From: Sphingomonas sp.
GTDB lineage: Bacteria; Pseudomonadota; Alphaproteobacteria; Sphingomonadales; Sphingomonadaceae
DNA length: 54,575 bases
NCBI GenBank assembly: GCA_031412595.1
Contig: JANODH010000182.1
Coordinates: forward strand, 1 to 54,575
Direction of reading: 5' to 3'
Below, piece by piece: positions 10,736 to 19,830 of the stretch (position 1 is its first letter; every line of letters begins with the position of its first letter). A program made the translations under genes and the position numbers. Below the pieces are notes generated by a model. That model was not told where the DNA came from. It saw only the letters and a list, made by a program, of their open reading frames with translations, and ran no database searches.

Positions 10736-12508
10736 TTAGAATTTCGCTTCGAGGTCGATCTGCAAAACGTCGATTGCCAATGGCTCCAGGCCCGAAATCT
10801 GGTTGGCACTCAACCAGCGACCGCCAATCGTGACCTTGTCAAAGATGCCGTATTTGCCGCCAACGAAATAACCTTTTGCGTTCGTGCCGCCCAAATGGAA
10901 ATTGCTGTCTGTCAGGCTGTCGAGCACCGCATCCGATTCGAGATAGCGATAACCGGCCGTCGCACTCCATTGGCCACGCTTGGCAACATCGTCGTAACCG
11001 ACCGCTACCTTGACGAGATAGCCGGATGGTCCGCCGGCGAACGCCCGGGGATTAACGGCTGCGCACAACGTCGTCCCGCCGGCGCCGCCATTGTTATAAG
11101 GCTCGCCAGCGACGCCGTAACGACAAATGTCGCTGCGCTTGAACGACATGTTTCGGAGATAGTTGCCATTAACGGTTACAAAAGTCTTGGTGCTGAGGGG
11201 GACACGGACAGAGGCGTTGATGTCGACAATGTCATAATCAAACGCCAAGCCAAGTAGCTGGTTTAAATCGCCGGGAAGCGCGCGCGTTGCATCGGGATTG
11301 ATGACGATGTTACGCAACCCGAACACTGTATTTCCCTTGCGCAGCGAAAAAGCCCTGAATGAATCTGTCGAACACTCGGTTGCACCAAGATACAGCGCGC
11401 ACGGCTCCGAAAACTGGCCCTGCACGCCCTGAAAGCTGTGGTAAGCAGCGCTCACGCTCACCTTGATGTCATTCGCGATCGTCGCTCCTGCTGTGATCTG
11501 CCCGGAATAGAGATATTTCACCGGAGCTTTGCGCTTGACCTGTTGCGTGTTCGGAAAGTCGCTCGAGTTAAAATCAAGTGGAAAAGCGCCGCCGCGGATC
11601 GCGAGTTCGACGTTATCCCCGAGCAGTTGACCACCATTGAATTCCGCCGCCACGCCATCGAAGCGGACATCGTCGTCGAACAACAGATCGGTCGACACAA
11701 ATGGATTGGGGAAACGCCCGAAGCTTGATTCGAAAAGCTCGCTCGGCGCGAGCTTCAGATAGGCCTGATCGAGCCAGATGTTTCGTTTAGCCAGCCCGCC
11801 GCCGAGCGATTGGTTGGTCGAGATCGGACTGTTGTCGTTGCCTGTTGCGACAGCCGTCACAACGCTGACACCGCCGCCGAGTTCGGCCTTCAGTCCAAGC
11901 CGAGCGCGGATGCGTAAGCGGTTGACTCGATCAACGGTCGAATTGACATAGGGAATCGAAAGCGCGGTCGTAATCGGGAAAGGTCCGGTCGCATTGATGC
12001 GAGCGAAATCGAACACAAAAGGCGAATTCGCTTTTGAATAAAGATCCGACTGCGACCGAAAGCGGAAATCGCCGAACAAGCTGATGCGTTTCGTCCAATC
12101 CGGCGCAGTCTGCCCCGGACTTGCCCAGCCCTCGGTCTTGGCTTGCGCCAAAACCTCGGTGCGAATTTCGTCGCGAATCTGATTGCGTACTGTTTCGGGA
12201 ATATACGGCACACGAATCGCGCCTGGTGCGGCATCGGGCAACGCTGCGCTGGCAGTTTGAGACGGAGCAGCCGCACGCGCCTTGACAGCTTCGGCTTCGG
12301 CCTGCGCCATGAGCGCGTCGCCTGCATCTTTTTTCAAAATACCCTGCTTCACGAGCAGGCGGACGAGATTGACCATTGCGCTTTCGGATGGTGCCGTGGT
12401 TGTGGAAGCTTCCTGTGCGTGAACCGCCCCCGTCGCAGCGACCGTGACGAGCATACTGCACGTCAGGAGCCGCAGCCGTTGCATTGTTGTTGCAGCAGTC
12501 ATGATCAA
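10736..12508 (-). CDS. Putative outer-membrane porin (Porin_5-like beta-barrel) with N-terminal helical extension
   Basis: Signal peptide (AVHA|Q), N-terminal NLVRLLVKQGIL and VPYIPETVRNQIRDEIR segments, GDFRFR, RLRIRARLG, LDQAYL, DSNFHLGGTNAKG, C-terminal aromatic residue (IDLEAKF). Confidence 0.8.
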   Translation of the reverse strand: MIMTAATTMQRLRLLTCSMLVTVAATGAVHAQEASTTTAPSESAMVNLVRLLVKQGILKKDAGDALMAQAEAEAVKARAAAPSQTASAALPDAAPGAIRVPYIPETVRNQIRDEIRTEVLAQAKTEGWASPGQTAPDWTKRISLFGDFRFRSQSDLYSKANSPFVFDFARINATGPFPITTALSIPYVNSTVDRVNRLRIRARLGLKAELGGGVSVVTAVATGNDNSPISTNQSLGGGLAKRNIWLDQAYLKLAPSELFESSFGRFPNPFVSTDLLFDDDVRFDGVAAEFNGGQLLGDNVELAIRGGAFPLDFNSSDFPNTQQVKRKAPVKYLYSGQITAGATIANDIKVSVSAAYHSFQGVQGQFSEPCALYLGATECSTDSFRAFSLRKGNTVFGLRNIVINPDATRALPGDLNQLLGLAFDYDIVDINASVRVPLSTKTFVTVNGNYLRNMSFKRSDICRYGVAGEPYNNGGAGGTTLCAAVNPRAFAGGPSGYLVKVAVGYDDVAKRGQWSATAGYRYLESDAVLDSLTDSNFHLGGTNAKGYFVGGKYGIFDKVTIGGRWLSANQISGLEPLAIDVLQIDLEAKF

Positions 12509-12553
12509 TTCCTCTTTGCTTTCCGCGCCACGGCGGCAGTGTTCAACATTGCA

Positions 12554-13258
12554 CTAAAAAGATCGGCGACCGGTCACGGTCACGCGCTGGGGAAACTTCA
12601 CTTGGGGCGGCGGCACATCGAGGCCGCGCGTGCTTTTCAGTATTGCCAGCAAAAGCTGGTCTCGCTTCGCATCACCTGTCGAACTTAGAAGATCGGCGCT
12701 CGTCACTTGCCCAGCGCTGTTAACTGAAATGGCAAAAACGGCTTTGAACGCGAGCCGGTTTACCTTGTCGTTGTCGAGAATGCGGTCCTGTAGCTCGCGC
12801 CCTAAATTTCCGCGATACATTGCATCGCTGAACCCGCCACCGCCACCGCAAGGTGGTCTAAGGCAGGTGCCGGCAGAGCCCGTGCCGCCCATCCCGCCGC
12901 CTTTGCCTGCCGACAGTCCGAAGCTGTCGCTCCCTGCCGAAGGTGCGGCATCCATCTGCATCGGCGCGGGGGCATCGGGTTTGGCTGCAGGTTCGGGCGA
13001 CGGGGTCGGCGTTTCAGTCGGTTCGGGCGGTTTTTCTTGCGGCTCGGGTGGCGGCGGAGGGGGCGGCGGGGGCGGTGGCAGCAAATCGGGCGCAGCCGTG
13101 ATTGTCCGCTCGTCCTTCGCCTTTATCGTCACGGGCACAGTCAACTGACGATAAACGAACCAGAGCATGCCGAGGATGAGCAGTCCGCCGGCCAGATAGG
13201 TCAGCCAGCGCTTTCCATCGCTCTCACCCGGAGCCTTGAAGGCAGCTGGCTCGGCCAC
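12554..13258 (-). CDS. TonB-like energy transducer
   Basis: Single N-terminal TM helix, poly-Pro and EP/KP linker, C-terminal TonB_C-like domain (ISVNSAGQVTSADLLSSTGDAKRDQ); follows exbB-exbD. Confidence 0.8.
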   Translation of the reverse strand: MAEPAAFKAPGESDGKRWLTYLAGGLLILGMLWFVYRQLTVPVTIKAKDERTITAAPDLLPPPPPPPPPPPEPQEKPPEPTETPTPSPEPAAKPDAPAPMQMDAAPSAGSDSFGLSAGKGGGMGGTGSAGTCLRPPCGGGGGFSDAMYRGNLGRELQDRILDNDKVNRLAFKAVFAISVNSAGQVTSADLLSSTGDAKRDQLLLAILKSTRGLDVPPPQVKFPQRVTVTGRRSF

Positions 13259-13276
13259 GCGTCGGTCCCTCTCGCC

Positions 13277-13684
13277 TCAGGCCGCTGCCGGTTTGCCGGT
13301 AACCAGCCCGACCTTGCTGAGGTCGAGGCGGCGGCATAAGTCGAGCACTTCGGTGATCTTGCCGTATTGCGCCGTCTGGTCGCCCTTGAGCACGATCGGC
13401 AAATCGGGATTCGATGCCTTTTTGCTGCGTAGTTGCGCTTCGAGTTCGGGCAGCGTCACGGGAAAGGCGTCCATGAAAATCTGCCCTTCGCTGTTGACAG
13501 TTATCGCGACTGTCTTGGGCTGGACTAGGCTTTGCGCTGCCGACGCCTTGGGTAGATCAACTTTAATCCCTTGCACACTCGCGGTCGCCATCAGAATGAA
13601 TATGACGAGCAGCACATAGGCCAGATCGAGCATCGGCGTGATGTTGATATCGTCGTAGGCCTTGCGACCGCCACCGGCTTTCAT
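13277..13684 (-). CDS. exbD: Biopolymer transport protein ExbD/TolR
   Basis: INITPMLDLAYVLLVIFIL TM motif with conserved Asp; KVDLPKA; LKGDQTAQYG. Confidence 0.92.
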   Translation of the reverse strand: MKAGGGRKAYDDINITPMLDLAYVLLVIFILMATASVQGIKVDLPKASAAQSLVQPKTVAITVNSEGQIFMDAFPVTLPELEAQLRSKKASNPDLPIVLKGDQTAQYGKITEVLDLCRRLDLSKVGLVTGKPAAA

Positions 13685-13709
13685 GTCGTGGGCTCCTTCT
13701 TTTCGGCCA

Positions 13710-15476
13710 TTATTCTGCAGCTATCTTGTAGGGCGGCGGCGTATGCGCGGCATCGGCCTGAACCTCGGCGAGCCGCGTAATGAGTCGATCGACGAACACG
13801 CGCATGTCGTCAGCCAGCTTGCTGATCCGACCGTTAAGGTAGTTATAGCCGAACAGCGCAGGGATCGCGGCTGCAAGGCCAGCGATCGTCGCCAGCAATG
13901 CTGCTGCAATTCCGGGCGCAATCGCATTCACATTGACGTCGCCTGCCATCGCCACACCGCCGAACGTGCTCATCACGCCGATAACAGTGCCAAGCAGCCC
14001 GATGAACGGTCCTCCCGAAATTGCGATCGTCAGGATGACCATCAAGCTGTCGAGCTTCTGGTTTTCAGTGACCGCCACCGCGTCAACCGCTGCGCGCATT
14101 GCTTCGACGGCCTCGCCCGACAACGCCCGGTCGCCATGCGTGCGCTTACGAAGCTCCAGCTCCTCGATACCCTCTTTGTAGAGACGGCCGAGCGGCGACT
14201 TGTTGATGTACGTCACTTCCTGCGGCGTGATGCCTGCGATCCGATCCACGGGCACCAGTTCTTCATGCATCTCGCGGAATCGCTTCATGAACACTTTGTT
14301 GCCGCGATCGGCAGCGTTAAGGTAAGTGATCTTCGACACCATGACCCCGACCGCGCCTGCGAGCAGCAGCATGCACAGCGTAATGATGCCGATGTCGAGT
14401 GAATGAATCTTGCTCAGAATGAACCAAAGCACACCACCGTCGCCGCCTGCTTCCTCGGCGCTCTCAGCAACGCCGACCAACTTGGCGCCCGGACCTTCGG
14501 CATTTGCCATTGCCAACACCATGTTGGCGGGCCGCGCAACTTTCGACAGCCGCACTTCATCCATTTCACCGGTGAAAGGCCGCCCCTCTGCGCCGCCTAT
14601 ACTGATTGGCCCCATCAGCGCCGGAAGCGCGACTGATGCTGCACCTGCTTCAATGCCATTGATATAAAGGCGGACAGTCTCGCCATCGGCAATAACCGCA
14701 AGGTGGCTCCATTGTCCCTGCTTGAGCGCGTTTGTAGCCTGGGTCCTTGCGCCGCCGAGCGCCACGAAAGGTGCGCCGTTGCTCATCCCGATGATCATCG
14801 CACCGCGAGCAAAGAACGCTGCCTCGCCGACGAGCTGGTCAGGTTTTATCCAACTCGAGAATGTGAACTGCGCCCCCGCAGGCATTGCCAGCGATGGCGA
14901 ATCGTTGATCATCAGCGCACCCTGTCCTGGGAAACGCGCGCCGCGTCCGATTACCGAACTGTCGTTGACGCTGACCACGGGACTTGCCGAATTGTTGGCG
15001 TTCGCCGTTGCGTCACCCGCTGGTTGCCCTGCCGCACCGCTGAAATGATAGACGGCGAGATGATCGGGATCGAACGATCCCTTCACATCATCGCCAACCG
15101 GAGCGTTGGCATTGCCGAAATAGAGCCAGAGCTGCTTCTTCTCGCCGCCGTTGAGCGCGGGGATCGAAACCCAGACGTTGGCAATTCCCGTGGCCGGGTC
15201 ATAGCTTTCGATATGATACGGCAGTGGGGTCTTGTCGTCCGTATCGACGACACGCAGATCGGCGCCGTTTTTTGCTGCCTGCGCAAATGAAAAATTACCT
15301 TCGGTCAGCCGCACCAGCACGACAGTGCGCCCGACCGTACCGCTCATGTTCACGCCAGACGGCGAGGTGTCGACTGTTACTGACTTGCGATACGTCCAGT
15401 CATCGTTCCACCATGCGTGCGCGGGACTGGTCATCGCCATCAACGATAGCAACAGTGAAACGAAGAACTTGGTCAT
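13710..15476 (-). CDS. exbB: ExbB/MotA/TolQ proton channel fused to N-terminal DUF2341 and LamG-like domains
   Basis: Start re-called at ATG 15476 (GGGGAC RBS). Signal peptide PAHA|WWNDDWTYRK, DUF2341-type GADLRVVD...WLYFGN, LamG-type FSSWIKP/WSHLAV/LYING/FTGEMDEVRLS, then ExbB GPFIGLLGTVIGVM...GIAAALLATIAGL. Confidence 0.88.
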   Translation of the reverse strand: MTKFFVSLLLSLMAMTSPAHAWWNDDWTYRKSVTVDTSPSGVNMSGTVGRTVVLVRLTEGNFSFAQAAKNGADLRVVDTDDKTPLPYHIESYDPATGIANVWVSIPALNGGEKKQLWLYFGNANAPVGDDVKGSFDPDHLAVYHFSGAAGQPAGDATANANNSASPVVSVNDSSVIGRGARFPGQGALMINDSPSLAMPAGAQFTFSSWIKPDQLVGEAAFFARGAMIIGMSNGAPFVALGGARTQATNALKQGQWSHLAVIADGETVRLYINGIEAGAASVALPALMGPISIGGAEGRPFTGEMDEVRLSKVARPANMVLAMANAEGPGAKLVGVAESAEEAGGDGGVLWFILSKIHSLDIGIITLCMLLLAGAVGVMVSKITYLNAADRGNKVFMKRFREMHEELVPVDRIAGITPQEVTYINKSPLGRLYKEGIEELELRKRTHGDRALSGEAVEAMRAAVDAVAVTENQKLDSLMVILTIAISGGPFIGLLGTVIGVMSTFGGVAMAGDVNVNAIAPGIAAALLATIAGLAAAIPALFGYNYLNGRISKLADDMRVFVDRLITRLAEVQADAAHTPPPYKIAAE

Positions 15477-15503
15477 GGCTTGTCCCCTGATCATGCGCAC
15501 AAT

Positions 15504-17252
15504 CTAAAATTCGCTTTTGGCGCTGAACGTTATCCGCGGATCGCCCTTGCGCACGTTCGTCGTCGAATTGATCGGCACGCCGACGACAAGTTCGCCTGAA
15601 AACCGATTGAACAGCTTTAGTCGCGCACCGCCTCCGACACTGCCGATCTTGAATTCTTCACGCTCGTCGAGCAGCGGGCTAATAACGCGGGTAAAGCCGG
15701 ACTCCGCAAAACTGAAAAAGCGAAATTCGTCGACGAACGAGCCGAGATAGGTTGCGAGCGATGGCGTCCGGAATTCGATCGATCCGAAAAAGCCGTTATC
15801 GCCGACGATTTCGGACTGGAAATAGCCCCGTATCGTCGAGGTGCCGCCCAGCCCGAATTTTTCATTCGTGACAAGGCGAGCATCCGCATATTGGCCGGAG
15901 AACTTCGCAACAGCGACCCAGTCGCCTTTGAACGCTGTGTTATAGGTCAGGTCGAGATTGATGTGCGAAAAATTCTCGATGCTGTCGACATCCTTGGCAC
16001 GAAAACCTTCAATAACGTCGCATTCTTGGATGATGTTTGGATTGCGGCAGCGCTCGCGTTTCAGAATGCGCAGGCCCAGCGTGCTGTTGAGGTTGACTTC
16101 GAGCTGATCGGTTTCGGTCGCCTCTGAAAAGCTGTAACCCAGGACCAGCGGGACATACTCGATCGGCGAATTGCTGACCAAAGCGCCTTTGGCGATAATA
16201 TCCTGTTTGAAATTCTTATAATCCAGCCCGATGCTGAACCCGTGGTCGGCTTTGCTTGTTGGCAGCTTGTAGATTGCGCGGCCGCTGATCTGATAGCCGT
16301 TACCAAGAACATTGGTGCCCCCCAGCGCGGCGACATCGCTGTTCGATCTGTAGCCATAGGCAACGAGGGTCCATGGCGTGTCGAACAGCGGTGCCGAATA
16401 GCGTGCCGAGACAATCGAACTGTCGCGTTTGCGCGCCGGCGCCAAGACGAACCCAACCGTCACGGTATGCCCCGCGCGCCACAAATCAGTGTAACGGGCA
16501 CTGCCGGAAAGCCGCAACGGCTTGGTATTCGGACTGTTGTCGTTGTTGAGTTCGAAGGTGGCGTGCAATGGAAACTGGTCGCGGACCCTTATTTCAGCGT
16601 CGATCGTGCCCGGGCTGGCACCTGCCTTGAATCGCGGCGTAAGCAAGCGGTCGGGGTAGCGATTGGCTGCGTTGATTTCGGCCTGAAGCGCTTTGAAATC
16701 CAGCGGTTTCCCGGGCGTGACCGAAGAAAGGCTTCTTACAACCGCCTTTTCCGAATGATATTTGTTGTTTGATACCGTGACTGTGCCCACGGGAACTTCG
16801 TTCACCTTAAGCTGAACAAGGCCCTGCGCGAAGACAGCATCGAGTTGCGGCGGTGTTTCGACGATCACCGCTTCAAATCCGCGAGCCGCATAAGCGTCTT
16901 GGATGGCTTTGCGCGCGCTCTCGACATCAGCCGACGATTTGTCCGGGCCGACGAACGGATAGATGGCCTTTTCGATTTCGCTTGCCGTCAACTGCGTGAC
17001 ACCGACGACATCGATTGCCCGAATGGGGAAGGACTGGGGTGCAACAATCGTTGCGGGTTGCTCGGTCGGGTTGACGGGCGCCCCGTCACTGACTCTCCCA
17101 CGTTCCGCCTGCACAGGTTGCAAGACTGTGGACGGTCCTGGAACCGGGATATCGCCTTGCTGCGCCAGCACCGGCGCACCGCAGACCATCGATGCGACGC
17201 GGAGGACAGCGCGCAGCGAAGGCATGGCCAAGGGACATGAAACATTAAGCAT
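15504..17252 (-). CDS. ShlB/FhaC/HecB-family two-partner secretion transporter (TpsB)
   Basis: POTRA segments (FPIRAIDVVGVT; AIQDAYAARGF), barrel start ELNNDNS, loop-6 IRGY motif, C-terminal F; start may be 17225. Confidence 0.9.
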   Translation of the reverse strand: MLNVSCPLAMPSLRAVLRVASMVCGAPVLAQQGDIPVPGPSTVLQPVQAERGRVSDGAPVNPTEQPATIVAPQSFPIRAIDVVGVTQLTASEIEKAIYPFVGPDKSSADVESARKAIQDAYAARGFEAVIVETPPQLDAVFAQGLVQLKVNEVPVGTVTVSNNKYHSEKAVVRSLSSVTPGKPLDFKALQAEINAANRYPDRLLTPRFKAGASPGTIDAEIRVRDQFPLHATFELNNDNSPNTKPLRLSGSARYTDLWRAGHTVTVGFVLAPARKRDSSIVSARYSAPLFDTPWTLVAYGYRSNSDVAALGGTNVLGNGYQISGRAIYKLPTSKADHGFSIGLDYKNFKQDIIAKGALVSNSPIEYVPLVLGYSFSEATETDQLEVNLNSTLGLRILKRERCRNPNIIQECDVIEGFRAKDVDSIENFSHINLDLTYNTAFKGDWVAVAKFSGQYADARLVTNEKFGLGGTSTIRGYFQSEIVGDNGFFGSIEFRTPSLATYLGSFVDEFRFFSFAESGFTRVISPLLDEREEFKIGSVGGGARLKLFNRFSGELVVGVPINSTTNVRKGDPRITFSAKSEF

Positions 17253-17363
17253 CTAAAGTGCGAGGTCCCCAAGCGTTTCTGGATCGGCGCGGCTGCCAGA
17301 ACGGGACATGTGCATCGCAATTGTTTAGCTTTTGCGACTCTCAACATTTCGGCGACACGATGC

Positions 17364-17381
17364 TGGTCATGCCAGAGTCAC
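17364..17381 (+). promoter_or_regulatory. Pho-box-like direct repeat upstream of lipoprotein/T2SS arm
   Basis: TGGTCAT-gcca-GAGTCAC (GTCAY repeated at 11 bp) in the divergent intergenic region. Confidence 0.45.
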
Positions 17382-17430
17382 ACAGGCTGCTTAACGCCGT
17401 GAATGTCTGCAGGGGTCGTTGACTACTTTT

Positions 17431-17964
17431 ATGTTATCTAAGATTTTGACCATCGTTTCGGCAGCGGCGCTTGGCATTGCAGGTTGTGGAGCTGCTGCAG
17501 TGCCCGATGCGGCCACGAAGATACCGTCACGAACATTTCGCTGCAAACTCGGTCATGCTCTCAATCTCGATCCGGCCAAAGAACAGCGGATGGACGAAAT
17601 CAGGTATGAGGGGTCACACGAATTTGCAGTATTCATTCCGGCGGCAATTTCGCGCGGAAAACCGGCGCTTGATTCCGCCGATCCAACAAGCGCAGCCGAC
17701 CCCGCAACGCGGGTACTTGCCGATCCTTCTGGGCTGCGCCGCGGCGTTCCGGCGGGTTTTGCCCGTATTGTCGATTTATGGCCGGAACGCGTCGAACTGA
17801 CGCAGACAATCGAGCGCCCGCTCGTCCATTTCATGGTCATCAACCAAATCGATGAAACGACACGCACCGCTAATCTATTCATGACAACAGCGACAGATGT
17901 CGCGTCGATGAATCTCAAAACCGTTTACCAAGGCCGATGTCACTACGCGCTTGGTGCGCGTTAG
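17431..17964 (+). CDS. Hypothetical lipoprotein
   Basis: MLSKILTIVSAAALGIAG|C lipobox; two further Cys; first gene of the plus-strand arm. Confidence 0.7.
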   Translation: MLSKILTIVSAAALGIAGCGAAAVPDAATKIPSRTFRCKLGHALNLDPAKEQRMDEIRYEGSHEFAVFIPAAISRGKPALDSADPTSAADPATRVLADPSGLRRGVPAGFARIVDLWPERVELTQTIERPLVHFMVINQIDETTRTANLFMTTATDVASMNLKTVYQGRCHYALGAR

Positions 17965-18076
17965 GTTGGCAACGCATGAACCTCCGCGATGATCGTGGTC
18001 TTACCTTGCGGCTGCGGCGCACTGGCTTTGCGTGACGACGTCATCGAGTTCGACCCGTCGCCGTACCCCGTGACCG

Positions 18077-19825
18077 ATGAAGGATTGTTCAGTGGTTAGT
18101 TTCGACGGCTTTGGTCGAGCACGGGATGACAACAGTGACGGTTTGAACGCCGGGCCCGACTTGCGCACGCATTACGCATCACTTGAAGCTCTATTCCGCG
18201 CGCGGGCAATCCTGACTGACGAAGCACTGAAACGCGCCCTTGTTGTTCAGCGCGGTAGCGGGGAGCGCCTTGATGCTGTGCTCACACGGCTTGGTCTGAT
18301 TACCGAACAGGGCCTCGCTGACGTGATTATCGAGGCGACCGGCTTGCCGTTTTGTGCGCAGGATCGATATCCGCTAACGGCAGTCGGCGGAGTGGAACTA
18401 TCGCTTGCGTTCTTACGGGATAACCGTTGTGTTCCGATTGGGTTCGACAGCGCGTTCGCACGGGTCGCCGTCGTCAATCCGTTCGATCCATTTCTCGAAA
18501 AGTCGATGGCATTCTTGTTCGGTAGACCGATCACGCTCGTCATCGGCCGCGGTAGCGACATCGATGCAGCAATCGACAGGCTCTACCGCAGCGATACGCC
18601 CGAGACCGAAAGCGAGCCCGATGTCGAAGGAGAAGACCTCGAGCGTCTGAAGGACCTTGTCAGCGATGCACCTGTCATCCGCGCGGTCAATCGAATGATT
18701 GCGATGGCAACCGATGCGCGTGCATCGGACATTCATGTGGAGCCGACCGAAGACGGCTTGGCGATCCGCTTTCGTGTTGATGGCGTTTTGCGCGATATGC
18801 CGCCGCTGCCAGCCGCAATGCGGGCATCGATCGTGTCGCGCATTAAAATCATGGCTGCCCTAAACATCGCCGAACGCCGCTTGCCACAAGACGGGCGGTT
18901 GCGCCTCGCGGTGCGCGGGCATGAAATCGATTTGCGTGTCGCGACCGCGCCGTCGATCCACGGCGAAAGTGTCGTGATGCGCATTCTCGATCGCTCCAAG
19001 CTGGCGCTCGATTTTGCGACGCTCGGCTTCTCCGACACGCTGACAGCGCAACTGCGTATCGCAATACACGCGCCCCACGGCATTGTTCTTGTGACCGGCC
19101 CGACCGGCAGTGGCAAAACGACGACGCTTTACGCAGCGCTGGCCGAACTCAACCAGCGCCAGCGCAAATTGCTGACGGTCGAAGATCCGATCGAGTACCG
19201 ATTACCCGGCGTTGTGCAGACGCAAGTCAACCCAGGAATCGGCTTTACCTTCGGGGCGGCGCTACGTTCCTTCCTGCGCCAAGATCCAGATGTCATGATG
19301 GTCGGCGAGATCCGCGACACCGAAACCGCTGAAATCGCGGTGCAGGCAGCCCTGACCGGGCACATGATCTTGTCGACGCTTCACACCAATACGGCACCCG
19401 GCGCAGTAACGCGCCTGCTCGACATGGGGATCGAGCCGCTGTTGTTAAGCACTGTGCTTACTGCCGTCGTCGCGCAACGGCTCGTCCGCAGACTCTGCCC
19501 AGCGTGCCGCTCCGAACGGCCGACTGAAGATGCGATTGTTCCAATATTCGAAAAGGCGGAGATCGCTGCGCCCAAACATGTCTGGCATCCGGTCGGCTGT
19601 CCGCAATGCAGCGGCACCGGTTATGCAGGACGCATGGCGATCTTCGAACTTTTGATTATTGATCAAGAGATCGCCGCCTTGATCCTTGCGCGGCAGGATA
19701 CGCGCGCCATCGCTGCGGCGGCGAGCCGAAAAGCGATGCGTTCGCTGCTCCACGACGGCCTGCGCCGGGCGGCAGAAGGCGTTACTGCCGTCGAGGAAGT
19801 GCTCCGCGTCGTGAGCGGAGATTAG
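18077..19825 (+). CDS. gspE: Type II secretion ATPase GspE
   Basis: N-terminal T2SSE_N domain, ASDIHVEP, ERRLPQDG, Walker A GPTGSGKTT, TVEDPIEY, LRQDPDVMMVGEIRD, STLHTN, CPAC...CPQC; start may be GTG 18092. Confidence 0.95.
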   Translation: MKDCSVVSFDGFGRARDDNSDGLNAGPDLRTHYASLEALFRARAILTDEALKRALVVQRGSGERLDAVLTRLGLITEQGLADVIIEATGLPFCAQDRYPLTAVGGVELSLAFLRDNRCVPIGFDSAFARVAVVNPFDPFLEKSMAFLFGRPITLVIGRGSDIDAAIDRLYRSDTPETESEPDVEGEDLERLKDLVSDAPVIRAVNRMIAMATDARASDIHVEPTEDGLAIRFRVDGVLRDMPPLPAAMRASIVSRIKIMAALNIAERRLPQDGRLRLAVRGHEIDLRVATAPSIHGESVVMRILDRSKLALDFATLGFSDTLTAQLRIAIHAPHGIVLVTGPTGSGKTTTLYAALAELNQRQRKLLTVEDPIEYRLPGVVQTQVNPGIGFTFGAALRSFLRQDPDVMMVGEIRDTETAEIAVQAALTGHMILSTLHTNTAPGAVTRLLDMGIEPLLLSTVLTAVVAQRLVRRLCPACRSERPTEDAIVPIFEKAEIAAPKHVWHPVGCPQCSGTGYAGRMAIFELLIIDQEIAALILARQDTRAIAAAASRKAMRSLLHDGLRRAAEGVTAVEEVLRVVSGD

Positions 19826-19830
19826 CGGCC

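Noticed and set aside
13036-13082. GGC/GGT-rich short repeats, also at about 50810-51015
   Set aside because: They encode the poly-Pro linkers of TonB proteins; not independent repeats or CRISPR
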